DNA of 64,000 nt from the NCBI RefSeq assembly GCF_009914755.1, contig NC_060942.1; one strand, given 5' to 3'. Below the pieces are notes generated by a model, which made no database searches, was not told the origin of the DNA, and saw nothing but the letters and a program-made list of their open reading frames with translations. The position numbers were made by a program, and so were the translations under genes. The stretch is from the human T2T-CHM13v2.0 reference genome, Homo sapiens. Positions 1-17,236 of the stretch are shown piece by piece. Position 1 is the stretch's first letter, and each line of letters opens with the position of its first letter.

Positions 1-87
1 TACACATATCTGTGAATATATCAAAACCTACTGAATTGTACACTTTAAATTGGTGAATCTTGCAGTACCTGAATAGTATCTTAATAA
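1..87 (+). mobile_element. 3' terminus of an old L1 (L1M type)
   Basis: 'ctactgaattgtacactttaaattggtgaat...tatcttaataa' resembles the L1M 3' end. Confidence 0.6.
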
Positions 88-1292
88 CGTAGTACCCAAA
101 AAAGCAATAGGCTGATATTAAATTAAACACAAGAATTTATTTCGTAAAGAATTTATTTTGTAAAGACACAAAAAGTTTGCTAAGGAAAATCAGTGTCTTT
201 TCCTCGGAATTTATGAGAGCGTTATTTTCCATTTACTGATGACGTTTAGATGTAGTCCTCCTACAGTGACAGATCAGATGGCTGGCCCTTTTGTGAACCT
301 TAGAGCACCATTGCCAGTTATCTACATTATTCAGCAAATGCAAGATGTTTCTGTCCCATTTGCCCTTGTCCTTCAGGTTGGGGTTACTGTTCACTCTACC
401 ATTTAACCTCTCAAAAACATTCTTTTTTGGTAAAATGAGGTAAGTATGTACTTTGATTTCCAAATTGTGAGATTTGATTAGCAAGATGAGAAAGTCCTTC
501 CATGAAGAGTGCAGTATAAGTTCAAGGTAAGATTATTATAATGTTAAGAAGTTTTTTCAACAGATAAAGACATATAACTTCATTATTACAGTCAGATATA
601 TGATTCTGGGCAGGAAATATTTCCAGGAAAAAGAAAGAAAGAAAAAAACCAGCTCTTTAGATATGTAACACAAAGATCTAGTTTCTTGTGATCTTCAGGC
701 GGCTCCTATGAGCAGCGCCTCTCCACTCAACTTGAACAATAATAGTCTCCTTTGGGGCTCCAGCTGAGTCGGATCTATTTAGGTGAAGTTCAGAACCTGA
801 CCCTGACTTTCAGCTCTATCTTGGCTAGTGATACATCTATGCTGAATGTGTGTCAGGTCTGTAAATAAAATACTGATTTCAGTCACTTCTGCAGAATGTA
901 TTTTGATACTGTGATACTTTTCAGTGGCAGCTCCATTTTAAAGCCAGTTATCACTAAGGGGAAAAGTCAGTTAATCAGTTAATGTAAAAAAGCAGTGGAG
1001 GCCTAACACTGGTCATTTTGTTATAAGAGCGTCTGAAGTCCTCCCTTAATTTGGGAAGGTAACCCTGCACAGCACTCAGATTTAAACGTTGTGTCATGTT
1101 AACTGTCAAATGAAGACAAAAGCCTTGGAATTCTAAAGAATCTCTTCTCATGAGGCCAGTCTCCACAATCTAATAATAATGCTTTTTATTTATAGCAATT
1201 TTTGCACACCTCATGTGGCCCAGGACAGGCTGGCCCTTGAAGGGGCCTACAGCTGGTCACTTGAAGACCTCTCCATCTTTGTTTTTCTATGA

Positions 1293-1618
<326 letters not shown>

Positions 1619-1959
1619 CTGCTTAATAAGTATTCTGATTGAATAAATGAACGAACTTCCAGGTGATGCTTAAGATCATTTCTGTTGGGAAGTGAGTTAT
1701 TAAGTCATGAATCAGAAGAGACTTAATCTTTTTAAAAGAGATTTTATGAAATTGGAAAATAAGTTGAATTGTTTTAATACGTGTTTTCTCTAAATCCTAG
1801 CACTAAGGGTAAATCTCCTTCACAAACCAGTAATCTTGGAAGTTCTGAAATTCTCAAGCCGGGGCCCATGCTATTTGCTCTCACTCCCTAATCTCATTCA
1901 CATTTTTTGTTTCAGTTAAAAACAAACACAAGCAACTTACACATTTATTTATATCTCCA

Positions 1960-3118
1960 TTTCTTTCTTTTGAGATCCAGACCAGGGTACTCAACTGCCT
2001 GCTCAGCATCTTCAGCCTGAAATCTCAGAGGCATCTCAGACTCAACACACAAAAATCTAAACACATGGTCTTCTCTCCCAAACATCATATTCCTTCAGTG
2101 TTTCCTATTTCGGTGAACAGCTGTGCTGGCTCCCTGTTTCTGCAAGCTAGATACTGGAGGAACCCTCATGCTTCTCCTTCCTTACTCCTATATAGAAAAT
2201 ATCTCCAAAGCCAACACAGGTTGAACATCCCTAATCCAAAAATCAGAAGCCAAAATGCTCCAAAACCTGAAACGTTTCGAGTGCCAACATGACACTCAAA
2301 GGTTTTTGCTCCAAGGAAATGCTCATTGGACCATGTGGGATTTGGGAATTTTAGATTTGGGTTGCAAATATTCCAAAATCTGAAAAAATCTGAAATTTGA
2401 AACACTTCTGGTGCCAAACATTTGGGGACTATTTCAGGGATCATCTATCCTTCTAAATTGTTGATTTACGTAAATACACATGTATGTCCCCTCAAATCGA
2501 TTTTCCGCAGGCAGCCAGAGCAATCTTTTCAAAATGTAAATCTGGTAACATCACCCCTCCCCACTTCACTGCTTGATATACTCTGTGGCTTCCAATTACT
2601 TTTAGTGTAAAGAAAACACTAAACATGATGTTCAGGGTGTGGAACAAATCCTCTCTCCACCTCATCTCACGCCACGCTCCCATTCACTCTCAGTGCTCCA
2701 CCCACTCTGGCCAGATTTACAGCTCTGATGTTTTTTTGTGTTCCTTTAAGCCACGGGGCTTTTGAATATAGTTTTATTTCTGCTTGAAATGTTTTATTCT
2801 CCCTTATTTGACTCATAAACTCCTCTCTACCCTTTATATTTTCATAGGCTCAAGCATAACCTCTTTAGAAAGGCCTTCTGTGACTAAGTTCAAAAACCTC
2901 TGTTATACACTCCTGAAGCACAATATTCTTCACCTTTGTGACATATTATAATTCCAATTTTACATGTATTTGATTAGTATCCATCATCTCTTCTGGAATG
3001 CAGATTCTGTGAGAGGAAGTTTTCTGTTTTTGTTTGCTACTTTATACCTAGAGTGTAGCCAAATTCTTAACTCATAGGAGACAATAATAAGTATATTTAG
3101 TGCATGAATGAATAAACT
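1960..3118 (+). mobile_element. L2 3' region, interrupted by a Tigger4 MITE
   Basis: L2 motifs 'caactgcctgctcagcatc', 'gcagccagagcaatcttttcaaaatgtaaatc' and terminal 'atgaatgaat'. Confidence 0.8.
2217..2440. mobile_element. Tigger4a/MER46-type MITE (TcMar-Tigger)
   Basis: TIR 'caggttgaacatccct'; internal 'aaatgctcattgg' and 'tgcaaatattccaaaatctgaaaaaatc'. Confidence 0.8.
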
Positions 3119-3151
3119 GAATGCTATTGTCCTATAAGAGCACATGGCTAC

Positions 3152-3507
3152 CATATTAGTCTGTTTCCACACAGCTGATAAAGACATACCTGAGACTGGG
3201 CAATTTACAAAAGAAGGAGGTTTATTGGACTTACAGTTCCACGTGGCTAGGGAGACCTCAAAATCACAGTGGAAGGTAGAAGTCACATTTCACATGCCAG
3301 CAGAAAAGAGAAGAGAGCTTGTGCAGGGAAACTCCCATCTATAAAACCATCAGATCTTATGAGACTTATTCGCTATCATGAGAACAGCACAGGGAAGACC
3401 TACCCCCATGATTCAGTTACCTCCCACTGGGTCCGTCCCACAACACATGGGAATTATGGGAGCTACAGGATGGGATTTGGGTGGTGACACAGAGCCAAAC
3501 TACATCA
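3152..3507 (-). mobile_element. THE1 solo LTR (MaLR)
   Basis: Reverse THE1 sequence; 5-bp TSD gctac at 3147-3151 and 3508-3512. Confidence 0.93.
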
Positions 3508-3639
3508 GCTACCAATGGGTTGCATTCTAATAAGAGAGTTATTTTAAGGGGTATTTTCCCTAAAAAAAAATCAATGATTTTTTCACACCACTTGGAAGAA
3601 GAGAGAGTATGGAAATAGTGTGAGCAAGCTGCTAGACTG

Positions 3640-5725
<2,086 letters not shown>

Positions 5726-7529
5726 TTTTTTAATAAGAGAAAAATTTCAAAAGTGTAAAGAAATGCCTAATGGTAGAGGAGTCCTATAGTGTCTCATCGC
5801 AGTTTCATGATTTTGCCCAAAGGTGACCTTTTCCAGTTAACTAATAGGAAACCAAACACTTTGACGATGTCACAGGAATGAGGCACGAGGGACTCATCGG
5901 TGCTGAGGACTTTCTGAGTCAGGTCAAGAGCCTTGACAGGGAGGTTGGAATCACAGACTATAAGGCTTCAAAATGAATTTGGAGATTGTGTTCATGGATC
6001 TGCTTGCTTTTCTGTTTTTGTTTGTAACTCAGTGCATATGGACCTCCAGAGTGTCAGTCAATCCCCAACCTGTTCATAATTGTTTTATATATTTGCACGT
6101 GTGCGCTATTCTAAGGAGAATGTCCATGGCTTTCATCAGATTCCCAAAGCATTCTGTCAACCTGCACAAAATAACGAAACGGATCTAGTCTGCTCTCACC
6201 TTTTTCAGATCTGGAAACTGAGATTTGAAGAAACGTGGCTTCAAGTCCTAGAACAGAGAGTCAGTTTTAGCGAATTCTGCTTCTCCCTTTCATTGAGGTA
6301 TTTTAAGTTTCAGGTGGCTTCCCCCACGGGAGTATTTCCGTTTTTAAGAGAGCGATGCTGGAACTAGCTGTCCTTAGAACAATGGGAGGGATTGTATCTC
6401 AGCCCCTTTCTCTGCTGACCCTGCCTTTAGTGATTCCAACAGGAGTTCTTTAATAAGGGAAAGAGGAGGGTGACTAGAATAGAAGCAGAGGAAGGGAACG
6501 GGATTTGCTGACAGGGCCGGGTGGAGGGGGAGGTGCAGACTGTAACTCTTTGGATGTCCTTGGACCCAAACGACTCCCCTGAGATGGTAGCAGGAACTAG
6601 AACCATTGTGTTCGTATCACAGCACAATCTAGATGCAGGGCTGGGCACAGCGCGATCTGGCCTCCAGGAGGGAGAATGGAGAGCGATTCACAGCAGGACC
6701 TTCCCAGAACAAAAGAAGAAGGAAGAAATTTGGGCTAAGCACAATGACTACAAAGACCAAACAGGCAGCCTGATAAAGCATCAAGCCAGCCAAAGAAATT
6801 TAAGCCCTTTTCTTGGCAAGAACTAGCTATGTTTTAGTAATAAGATCTTTTCACAGGAAAGCAGGTGCTTTGTAGACAACTGGTCTTAATGAGCACACAT
6901 CAATAGGTTTGGCTGAAAACCTTGTAATACCAAAGAGCAGAATACTTAAATCAAATATGAAAGTACCATAGTTGTTCAGTAAATTAAGGCACACTGCCCG
7001 GAAACTGTGCACTTTTCTGTTGTCTTAAAATGTTGTGCCAAGTGGCACAATGCTCAAAAGAAGAGTTAGTTAGGTTAGTAGATTAGAATTATCCACTAAT
7101 TAAATTGTGGCACATAGTCTTCCAGCATGAAGCAGTAGTCAGCAGCAAAGAGCGTTTTTCAATTAATTAGAGAGCAGTGGCATTTACCAGATCAGACGCC
7201 ACGTGCTCCAGGCTCTCCACAGCATCAGCTCCACAAATTCACTCAGTGACGACGAGAGACAACTTTTCAGATGTAGAACATTCTAGAAATAAATCATGTT
7301 CCAATACAGAACTATAAAGCTATAGTTCTGTAACTATAAAACTATAAAGCTGCCCTTTTTAGGAGATGTGGACAACAAATAGAGATGCTGGTTTGTTCTT
7401 TCTTCTATCCATGAGATGGAACAGCCAGGAGATGTGGGGCGTAATAGAGACACCATCCTGATAAAGACTTGTGTGCTGCAGCCAGAATGTGAACTGTTAA
7501 CCCCATGAAAAATAAAAATCACTTTCAAA

Positions 7530-8755
7530 AATTATTTAAAATAGCATTAAGAAGAATTTTATCATAAAATTCTTAAGAATAAACTTAACAAAATAAATGT
7601 AAAACTTGTACACTGAAAATTACAAAACTCAGTGAAACAAACTTTAAAAGACCCAAATACATAAATGGAAAGATGTCTTCTGTCATGGATTACAAGACTA
7701 AATATTGTCAAGATGGCAATACTCCCAAATTGATCTGCAGATTCAATGCAACCCCTATCAGAATTCTAACTGCCCTTTCTACAGAAACAGACAAAGGTGA
7801 TCCTAAAGTTCATATGAAATGCAAGAGAGCCATAATAGCCAAAACCATCTTGAAAAAGAAGAACAAAGTTGAAGGACTCACACTTTCTGATTTCAAAACT
7901 TACCCCAAAGCTACAGTCATCAAGACAGTGTGGTGCTGGCATAAGGAATAGACGAATATAGATTAATCAAATAGTATTCAGAGTCTAGAAATGAATCCAT
8001 AAATATATCCTCAATTGATCTTTGACAGGCTGCCAAGACCATTCAATGGGGAACAAAATTAGTCGTTTCAATAAATGATGTGAAGACTACTGGATATCCA
8101 TATGGAAAGAATGAAGTCAGTCCATACCTTATGCCATATACAAAAATTAACTCCATGGCGAGGGAGAATCAAAGACCTAAGCATAAGAACCAAAAAAATA
8201 AAACTCTTAGAAGACAACATAGATGTGAATCTTTGTGACCTTGGATGAAGCTGTTTCTTAGCTATGACACCAAAAGCACAAGCATCCAGAGAAAAAAATA
8301 AATGTGAAAAATAGGACTTCATCAAAATTTAAAACTTCTTTTGTGTCAAAGGACACCTTCAAGAAATGAAAAGGCAACCCACACAATGCAAAAAAAATTG
8401 CAAATTAAATAAAGATCTAGAATCCATAATACATAAAGAACTTTTACAACTCAGCAATAGAAAGATAAATAAACCGACTGAAAAATGGCAACAGATTTGA
8501 ATAGACACTTCTCGAAAGAAGATATACAAATGACTAATAAACACGTGAAAAGATACCCAACATCACTAGTATTTAGGGAAATGTAAATCAAAACCACAGT
8601 GAACACTTGTAGTCCTAGCTACTCTGGAGGCTGAGATGGGAGGGTCACTTAAGTCCAGGAGTTCAATCCAGCCTAGACAACATGTCTCTTAAAAAAAAAC
8701 ACAAAACATAATGAGGTATCACTTCACACTCACTATGAGGTCTATAAAAAATGGA
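7530..8755 (+). mobile_element. Old L1M ORF2 C-terminal fragment
   Basis: ORF 7673-7951 contains 'IAKTILKKKNKVEGLTLSDFKTYPKATVIKTVWCWHK', which is L1 ORF2 homology. Confidence 0.9.
8602..8700 (+). mobile_element. Alu monomer fragment (FLAM/FRAM-like) inside the L1
   Basis: 'tgtagtcctagctactctggaggctgag...ccaggagttc' plus an A tail. Confidence 0.75.
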
Positions 8756-9319
8756 AAACATAGTAGTCCCCCCTTACTCACGGTTTTGCTTTTATTCTTT
8801 AACACATTCTGTGAGTTTTGTCTATAACTCATAAGCTACTACTTTAACACTTACACGTTTCATCCACCCATTTTTCTCTCTTGCCTTCTGTAGCAGAATT
8901 GAATATTTGTAAATAAGACAGCAAACTTACATTACAAGAACTGAGAAAAGCTGCTGGATTCAGCCAATTTTTAAAGTACTTTCACATTACCTCCCTCTTC
9001 TTAAAATATTATAAACAGCCATTTGATCTTCTAAATCAATATGGTTCTTTGTAAAACTCTAACCCTATTATTTGACTAATTTTTGTAGCTGAGTTGTTTT
9101 GATCCCTTTTCTCCTATTATAAGTGTATCAGCCAGTAGACAGAAATCATATGAGTTATTTTAACAGACACAATTTAATAAAAAGAATAAATAACTAGGTA
9201 TGTGAAATTGGTAACTACATTTCAAAGTGCCGAAAAGATAAATAGAACATTAAACAACCACCGCCCTAGAAACTGTGGGAAGCAGAGGGCCCTCGTCTTT
9301 GGGGACTAAAGTGAAGATT

Positions 9320-9670
9320 GGAGCGGGGTGTAGTTCCAGGTACTCAGAAGGCTGAGGTGGGAGGATTGCTTGAGCCCAGAAGGTCGAGACCATCCTGGGT
9401 AACATAGCAACACCCTGTCTCTATGGGGAAAAACAACAACAACAAAAAAGCTAGTCATGGTTGCATGTACCTGTAGTTCAAGATACTCAGGAGGCTGAGG
9501 ACATAGGATTGCCTGAGCCCAGGAGTTGGAGGCTGCAGTGAGCTATGATTGTGCCACTGCACTCCATCCTGGGCAACAGAGAAAGACTCTGTCAAAGAAA
9601 GAAAGAGAGAAACAGAGAAACAGAGAAGGAGAAACAGAGAAAGAGGAAAGAAAGAAAGAGAAGAAAGAAA
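9320..9670 (+). mobile_element. Diverged AluJ with a GA-rich tail
   Basis: 'ggaggattgcttgagcccag', 'ggctgcagtgagctatgattg'; purine-rich tail at 9594-9670. Confidence 0.85.
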
Positions 9671-11157
9671 TTAAGGCAAGCTTGAAGCCCAGACCTCGGA
9701 GAAGGGGATGCTGCTTGGTCCTGGTGACTCTGAGCTCAGAGTTGGGCTTCATGGCACTGGAATCTGGACTTCTGAGAGCTGGCTGATACTGGTGGTTCCT
9801 GAGGAGATACATTGAGTCTAGCTCTTCTAGGAGAAGAAAAACTGCAAACTGGATTCAACTGTGCCACAGGAATCAGCTGCTGCTAATGAAGTGCAGCATT
9901 ACTGCTGAGGTGATGCTCACAGTGACGGGGCAGACACGAAGGAGAAGCCCTTTCCTTGCCCAGCCATGGAGCCTCCCTCCAAGCCTTCCCAAGGACAGGA
10001 CCAACAGCCGGCAGACCAGAAGTGTGGGTTGTAGACACTCGGCCCCAACATCACCAAGCCCAGTACAAAGGGTGGTTTGAAGCGGAGGAGCAGTGGCTTA
10101 GTAACTGGCAGAACAACCCTGACAAATGCAGTGACACCTTTTGTATGTGCTATTATTACTGACAAATGGGTGGCAACTTCTCACTGGCATCAAAGCTCCA
10201 GTATGAACCAAAGCCATGAGGGCCAATCTTTATTTCCATATGCAACAAAATGGCATTCTATTCCAGGTGAAGCCTAAGCGGATATCTTTTCTCTCTTGAA
10301 TGGGGAATCTATTCTGAATTTTCAGCAAATAGTCAATACTTTATTCACCCAAATGTGTAATTTATGGCTCATACTTCTTTCAGCCTTTCAGAATGGTTTA
10401 CTACCTGGTGGTTCCTGCTAGGGTATAATAATACAATATTTATAAGCATTAGACCTCGGGTAACTGCCTCATTTCCCTACAAATCTATGAAGGGTGACTC
10501 GATTGTCCTGTGAACCTTTATCTCTATTCCATAGGATGTAAAACTTGGCTGGAAATTCTTTCTTCAGTCCCATCCCCTACTGAACTTAAACTATAATTGA
10601 AAATGAGCTCAATTCAAAGTATATTATACTGGTTATGTTTAGTTATTTCTGAAAAGCAAATCTCAGTTTAACTATCAAGGGAATTATCCCCATATCATTA
10701 ATCACAGATATACAACTTGAATTGTTTTTAAACATCAGTAGAAATTCAAGCCTATATTGAAATTTTAATAATTAATCAGAAATATGCAATATTAATGAAA
10801 CCCAGTATATTCTGTATGACTTGTAAGAACACAGCATGGGCATAGAAAAGCATATCCCTAAATAAGACCACAGAGTTGAGGGACACCCACTACTTGAAGT
10901 AGCATCTTCCCTGTTTTAAGTTTAAGCAGGTTTGCATCATATTATGAAAAGCAAAGTAAAAATCATACATAGGATTGAACACAAAGAGCTATTAATGAGA
11001 TACTCTAGTTTTTATAAAATGCAACCAAAGTAATATTATTAATATCAATAATTATATTAGTTAATTTTATATATCTGCTAACAAAAAAATTTAAAACGTT
11101 TTCGATAATAGAAAATATGCAAGAATGTTAGTCATGGGAAGAGCTTTTTTTTCATGA

Positions 11158-11489
<332 letters not shown>

Positions 11490-12089
11490 AATAATGAAAA
11501 TTTCATTTGTGAAAATATTTTTATGATACATCTGAATGTCCAGATTTAAACTATTTTGTGTGTTTGAATTAATGATCACTCCACACTTATTAGCTCATCC
11601 ATTCAAAACATCTTTTTGAAGATATACAAAAATAAATAGGTTATTGCCCATGCCCTAATGGAACATAGAGTTTAGTAAAATCTAGGATTTTAGCTCTGTC
11701 CCTTTTGTGCATTCCTTTTTTTAATGCCATCCTTGAAAACAATTATTGGCCTGAGAAACTCCTTGATTTCAGATGGAAATGTAATATTTGCTAATTTGTT
11801 TTACAATGGCACTCATCTGGTTTTAGCTATAATATGTTATTATTTAAATGACTTGTTTAACCACTATTTATGGAATATACACACAGTTATATAAAAGGTG
11901 AAAGTACTTTTTCAGGCAAGTAAAACCAAACAAGAATCTCTTGATCAGACTCTATTATTGATCAAACTCATCAGATCACATCCATCAGATCACATCCACC
12001 AGATAATTTATTTGATAATACTACTAAGCCATGGAAAGAAAGAAAGATTTTCTCCTTTTATCCCTTCATTTTAATTAGCTTTTGGTTAT

Positions 12090-12759
12090 CAAAACCACCT
12101 TTGCAAAAATTATGAAAGTGAGAGAAATCTGACATAAATACTCCCATCTTGCTTCCAATAGCACAAACTAACTGACTTTGTTAAAGATGATAACAATTCC
12201 TTCCTGAAACTAACTCCTTCCTTGCTCAGGGACTGAAACTGCCTTTGTAAGTCTCATCAAAGTCTACAAGGTTAGGATTATGGGAGGGGCCTGAATTCTG
12301 CTAAGATGTAGGCACAGTTAAACAAAAACCAGCCATTATTCCATAGCTTGCCTTTCTATAATTGCTTACTGCTTGAGAATCACATAGCCAGGGATCACAG
12401 GATTAGTAACTTCCCCAATTTCTCCTATAAATAATGTCACTATTATCAAACCTATGATTGATCTTTGAGATGTATTTCAGACCTTTGCATTGGTGCAGAC
12501 TCACCGACACCACCATGACCCATCCAGACCCATGACTCAATCAGTCCTGTGACATCCCCCACGAGAAACTGACACCTGCCAAATTTCCTAAAAAACCATA
12601 GCCTCTGAGCTCTCAAGGAGGTGAATTTAAGAAATATTTCCCATCCTCTCGCTTGGCTGCCTTGCAATAATTAAACACTTTCTCTGCCACAACACCGCTG
12701 TCTCAGTGCATTGGCTTTATCTGTGCAGTGGGCAAGAAGCACCAGGCTGGGCAATTACA
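12090..12759 (+). mobile_element. ERV1 solo LTR (LTR8/LTR26-like)
   Basis: Starts 'aaaccacctttgcaaaaattatg' and ends 'gggcaattaca'; 4-bp TSD ttat. Confidence 0.85.
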
Positions 12760-13119
12760 TTATTTCTAGGAACTTCTAAGACTGCAGGTTGCAGTAACTG
12801 AGTCTAATTAAGTTTTGGTTTAAAGACATAAACATACACAATGATTGTACCAGCAGTAGAGAAAGATTTATTTTGAATACTTTAAAGACTGTATTTCTCT
12901 TACAATCTGAAATTTCTTGCAACTTTTAGACAGCTGATTGTTGTGCAAGTTACTCAATCATAATAACACAGTGAATGCATAAAATATATTCTATTCAGTA
13001 GTGGGGCATTAGGATTTCAAGATTATGAAATGATTATTAAATTTGCAAAAAAGAATATCCATTTTGAAAATGCTTATTTTTAATAACTACTATGACTTAA
13101 AGTTAGTATATGTGTCAGG

Positions 13120-13310
13120 TACATCTTTTAATCTCTCACTTAATAGCCAGAATGTTATAAGGAGGTTGTTATTAATCTCCATTTACAAATAAGGAGAATG
13201 AATGAAAAGGCTAAAGGCATTTGTCTAGGATCTCACAACTAATAAATGACAGTTTCATTCCTCCCATTGAGTTACCAAAGACCTGGTCTTCCTGAGAACA
13301 ATTTTATTTT
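13120..13310 (-). mobile_element. MIR
   Basis: Core 'ctccatttacaaataaggagaatga...tctcacaactaataaatgacag'. Confidence 0.65.
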
Positions 13311-13700
13311 CCCACAGTATCCAGGAGACATTGCATAAAGTTAAAACAGTGTAAAAATCTAGAACCTGAAGGAGCAAGAGAATCTCTTGCTTCAAAGCAG
13401 ATGAGCCTAAATTCAATAACCTGCAAGACCAAAATAATTCATGCCTTTTATCTGGCATCTCCAGTGGCAAGAAAACTCCATTCATTTCTACCCATAACCT
13501 CCTGAGATGTGCAATTCAAGCTCGCACTAAAGGCCTTTCCATATAGTTGTTCCCTTTTATTCTTCTCAAATTCTGAAGCTAACTCTCATATGTCCAATTT
13601 CCCTTTCATCTGCTAATATAATCTCTGCTAGGGTTTCAACTGTATTGTCTAGTATTAGTTATTATTGGCTCAGGACATGAACTCATTCAGAGATCTAGAA

Positions 13701-14268
13701 AGTTACAACCAAAATGGCTGATGAAGGCAGGTTTCTCAATCAATTGAGGTTTATTGAACCAGCTTGAGGGTGTGTCTAGGAAAAGCATGAGTCACAGATG
13801 CCCTCTGTGGCTGTTTTCTCCAAAGAGCTTCTTAGAAAGTCTAGTATTTATGCATTTTCATTAAAAGGGAAGTGAGACAAATTGTTACATACTAGTGAGA
13901 CTTTAGTTAGTCCCCAACAAATCTGTATTTTACATACGTGAACATTTGAAGAAAAAGAGAATAGAAGAGGCAGGTGTCTCAGCTAAGGGTGAAGGAACAA
14001 TTAATCTCATCTTGTCTTTGTTCTGTGCCTGGGAAGATAAGCTGGTAACTGACATTATCAATGTGAAATCTTTTGAAAAGTCTAGCTTCTGTTTCCCCTT
14101 AGGGAAGAGACCCTAATGGCAGTTTTTGAGGGAGTGGGTATAATAAGGTGTGTCTGACCTCCATCCTGTCATGGCTGGAAATTCAGCTTCTAAGGCATTT
14201 CTGGGGTCCCTGTGGCCAAGAGGGGGTCCAATCAGTCATTTAGGGGCTGAGAATTTTATTATTTCTCA
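13701..14268 (-). mobile_element. MER4-group ERV1 LTR
   Basis: End 'ggccaagagggggtcc...ggggctgagaattttatt' is the reverse of the MER4-type start. Confidence 0.7.
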
Positions 14269-14458
14269 AAAGTCTAGAAACTGGATAAGCTTTAGATGTA
14301 TCCTCAGTGTCAACCACTGGCACCTGACCCAAAGCAGAATGTGTTAATGAATAAATAAATGAATAAAAGAAAGTGTGTTACGATGACAAGGGAGAGGTTG
14401 ATATTTGTAAATTTACTCTAAGTTTGCCCTGGCAATCAAGACTAGAAAAATATTTAAG

Positions 14459-14459
<1 letters not shown>

Positions 14460-14498
<39 letters not shown>
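14460..14498. repeat. (TG)19 microsatellite
   Basis: Perfect dinucleotide run. Confidence 0.98.
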
Positions 14499-14502
<4 letters not shown>

Positions 14503-14526
14503 ATATATATGTTAAATGACAGGGAG

Positions 14527-15520
<994 letters not shown>

Positions 15521-15652
15521 CTGTTACTATTCATCTCCTTTTGGTCATCTGCTCAGTGTTCTGCTGGGAGCCCTAAGACAAATAAATCATCTCCAACTCT
15601 CTCTCTTTTGCCCACCTATCCCCACAGACGCATACTTCTAGTATTTAGGGAG

Positions 15653-16005
15653 TGTCTTAGTTTGATCTGGCTGACATAACAAAATACCGTAGGCTGGGTG
15701 GCTTAAACAACAGAAATTCATTTCTCAAGTTCTGGAGGCTAGAAGTCCAAGATGAAAGTGCCAGCCAATTTGGTTTCCGATGGGAGCTGTTTTATGGATT
15801 GCCACCTTTTCACTGTGTCCTCACACAGCAGAGAGAGTGAGCTCTCTAGGGTCTCTTCCTACAAAGACACTGATCCAATCAAATCAGTGTTCCAGCCTTA
15901 TAACCTCCTTTAACTTTAATTACGTCCTTATTCCACATACAGCCACATTGGGGGTTAGGGTTTCAACATAAGAATTTTGTGGAGGACACAATTCAGTCCA
16001 TAGCA
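15653..16005 (-). mobile_element. MLT1A-type solo LTR
   Basis: 'tgtcttag'...'tcagtccatagca'; perfect TSD gggag. Confidence 0.9.
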
Positions 16006-16204
16006 GGGAGTCAGTACAAAAATCAGCAAATCACTTCTAACCAGTGATGGCTAGAAAATGCTTAACAACTGGCAGGGGGTAGTAAGGGCATAGTGAGGGC
16101 TGGTGCAGATTGCGGAAGATTCCTGCAGGAATAGAAGAGCCTAAAATTTCAGAACTAAATGCCTTTGGGCATTAGGACACATTTGAGACACAGAAGGTAC
16201 TTTT

Positions 16205-16310
16205 CCAGTACCTTCCATGTCTTACAAGAAGAACCTGAGATCCAGCAAGAAGTGACTCCTTTAGGTCATAGAATTAGTGGCAGAGCTAGGACTAGAAACC
16301 AGATCTCCTC
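16205..16310 (-). mobile_element. MIR fragment
   Basis: 'agtggcagagctaggactagaaaccagatctcct'. Confidence 0.65.
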
Positions 16311-16382
16311 ATGCCTTCTCTTTGTTGGTGGTTCCCAAAGGTTGGTCTGTGGATATTTTACATAAGAGTTATCTTTCCATAT

Positions 16383-16745
16383 TGATATGGTTTGGCTGTG
16401 TCCCCACCCAAATATCATCTTGAATTATAACTCCCACAAGTCGTGGAAGGGACCTAGTTGGAAGTGATTGAATTATGGGGGTGAGTCTTTCCTGGACTGT
16501 TCTCATGATAGTGAATGAGTCTCATGAGATCTGATCATTTTAAAAATGGGAGTTTCTCTGCACAAGCTCTCTTTGCCTGCTGCCATCCATGTAAGAGGTG
16601 TTACTCTTTGTTACTCCTTGCCTTCCACCATGATTGTGAGGCTTCCCCAGCCATGTGGAACTGTAAGTCCACTAAATCTTTTTCTCTTGGAAATTGCCCA
16701 GTCTTGGGTATGTCTTCATCAACAGCATGAAAACAGACTAACACA
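16383..16745 (+). mobile_element. THE1 solo LTR
   Basis: 'tgatatggtttggctgtgtccccacccaaat'...'aacagactaacaca'. Confidence 0.93.
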
Positions 16746-17034
16746 TACAGCATACTATAAAAGAAGGTAAGTGTGTTTACTTATTTTAACTTATTTAGGA
16801 CTTCTTCCCCTCGTGAATAACATCAAATTAAAATGCCCCATTCCTTTCACATTGGAGAATAGTCTAATCCACACCATCATGTACCACGCCTGTCATTATT
16901 CTTCTAATTAAAACCAGTAGTAGGTCTGAGAGGAAAATCAATTGCCAAGGTGGAAAAAGAATAAAAATATTCTTTTTCTCATAACCATAACTTCCTTTAA
17001 CTTTAACTCATCTAAAAGTAGGCCCACATCTGGT

Positions 17035-17173
17035 ATTTTGTTGCTGTTGTTGTAGAGATAGGGACTCCCTATGTTGCCCAGGCTGGTCTCAACCTCCTGG
17101 CCTGAATCAATTTTTCCTTCCACCTTGGCCTCAAAGAGTGTTGGGATTAAAGGCATTAGCCACTGTCCCCAGC
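17035..17173 (-). mobile_element. FLAM / Alu left monomer
   Basis: Single reverse monomer. Confidence 0.8.
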
Positions 17174-17236
17174 AGGTATGATAGTTTTTAAAACTCTAAG
17201 GTAGTTTTTAGGCCTTCACCAGAGAAGATAAGGATC

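Noticed and set aside
131-166. 16-bp imperfect duplication; similar ones at 44143-44172 and 44475-44512
   Set aside because: Ordinary slippage in AT-rich DNA
233-484. 83-aa minus-strand ORF
   Set aside because: No recognisable homology and no canonical ATG start; length expected by chance
7032-7049. Inverted repeat ttgtgcca-ag-tggcacaa
   Set aside because: 8-bp arms arise by chance in 64 kb, and the orientation does not fit the NFI dimer site
9120-10200. Possible old LTR around the AluJ
   Set aside because: LTR-like wording, but I could not assign a family or termini
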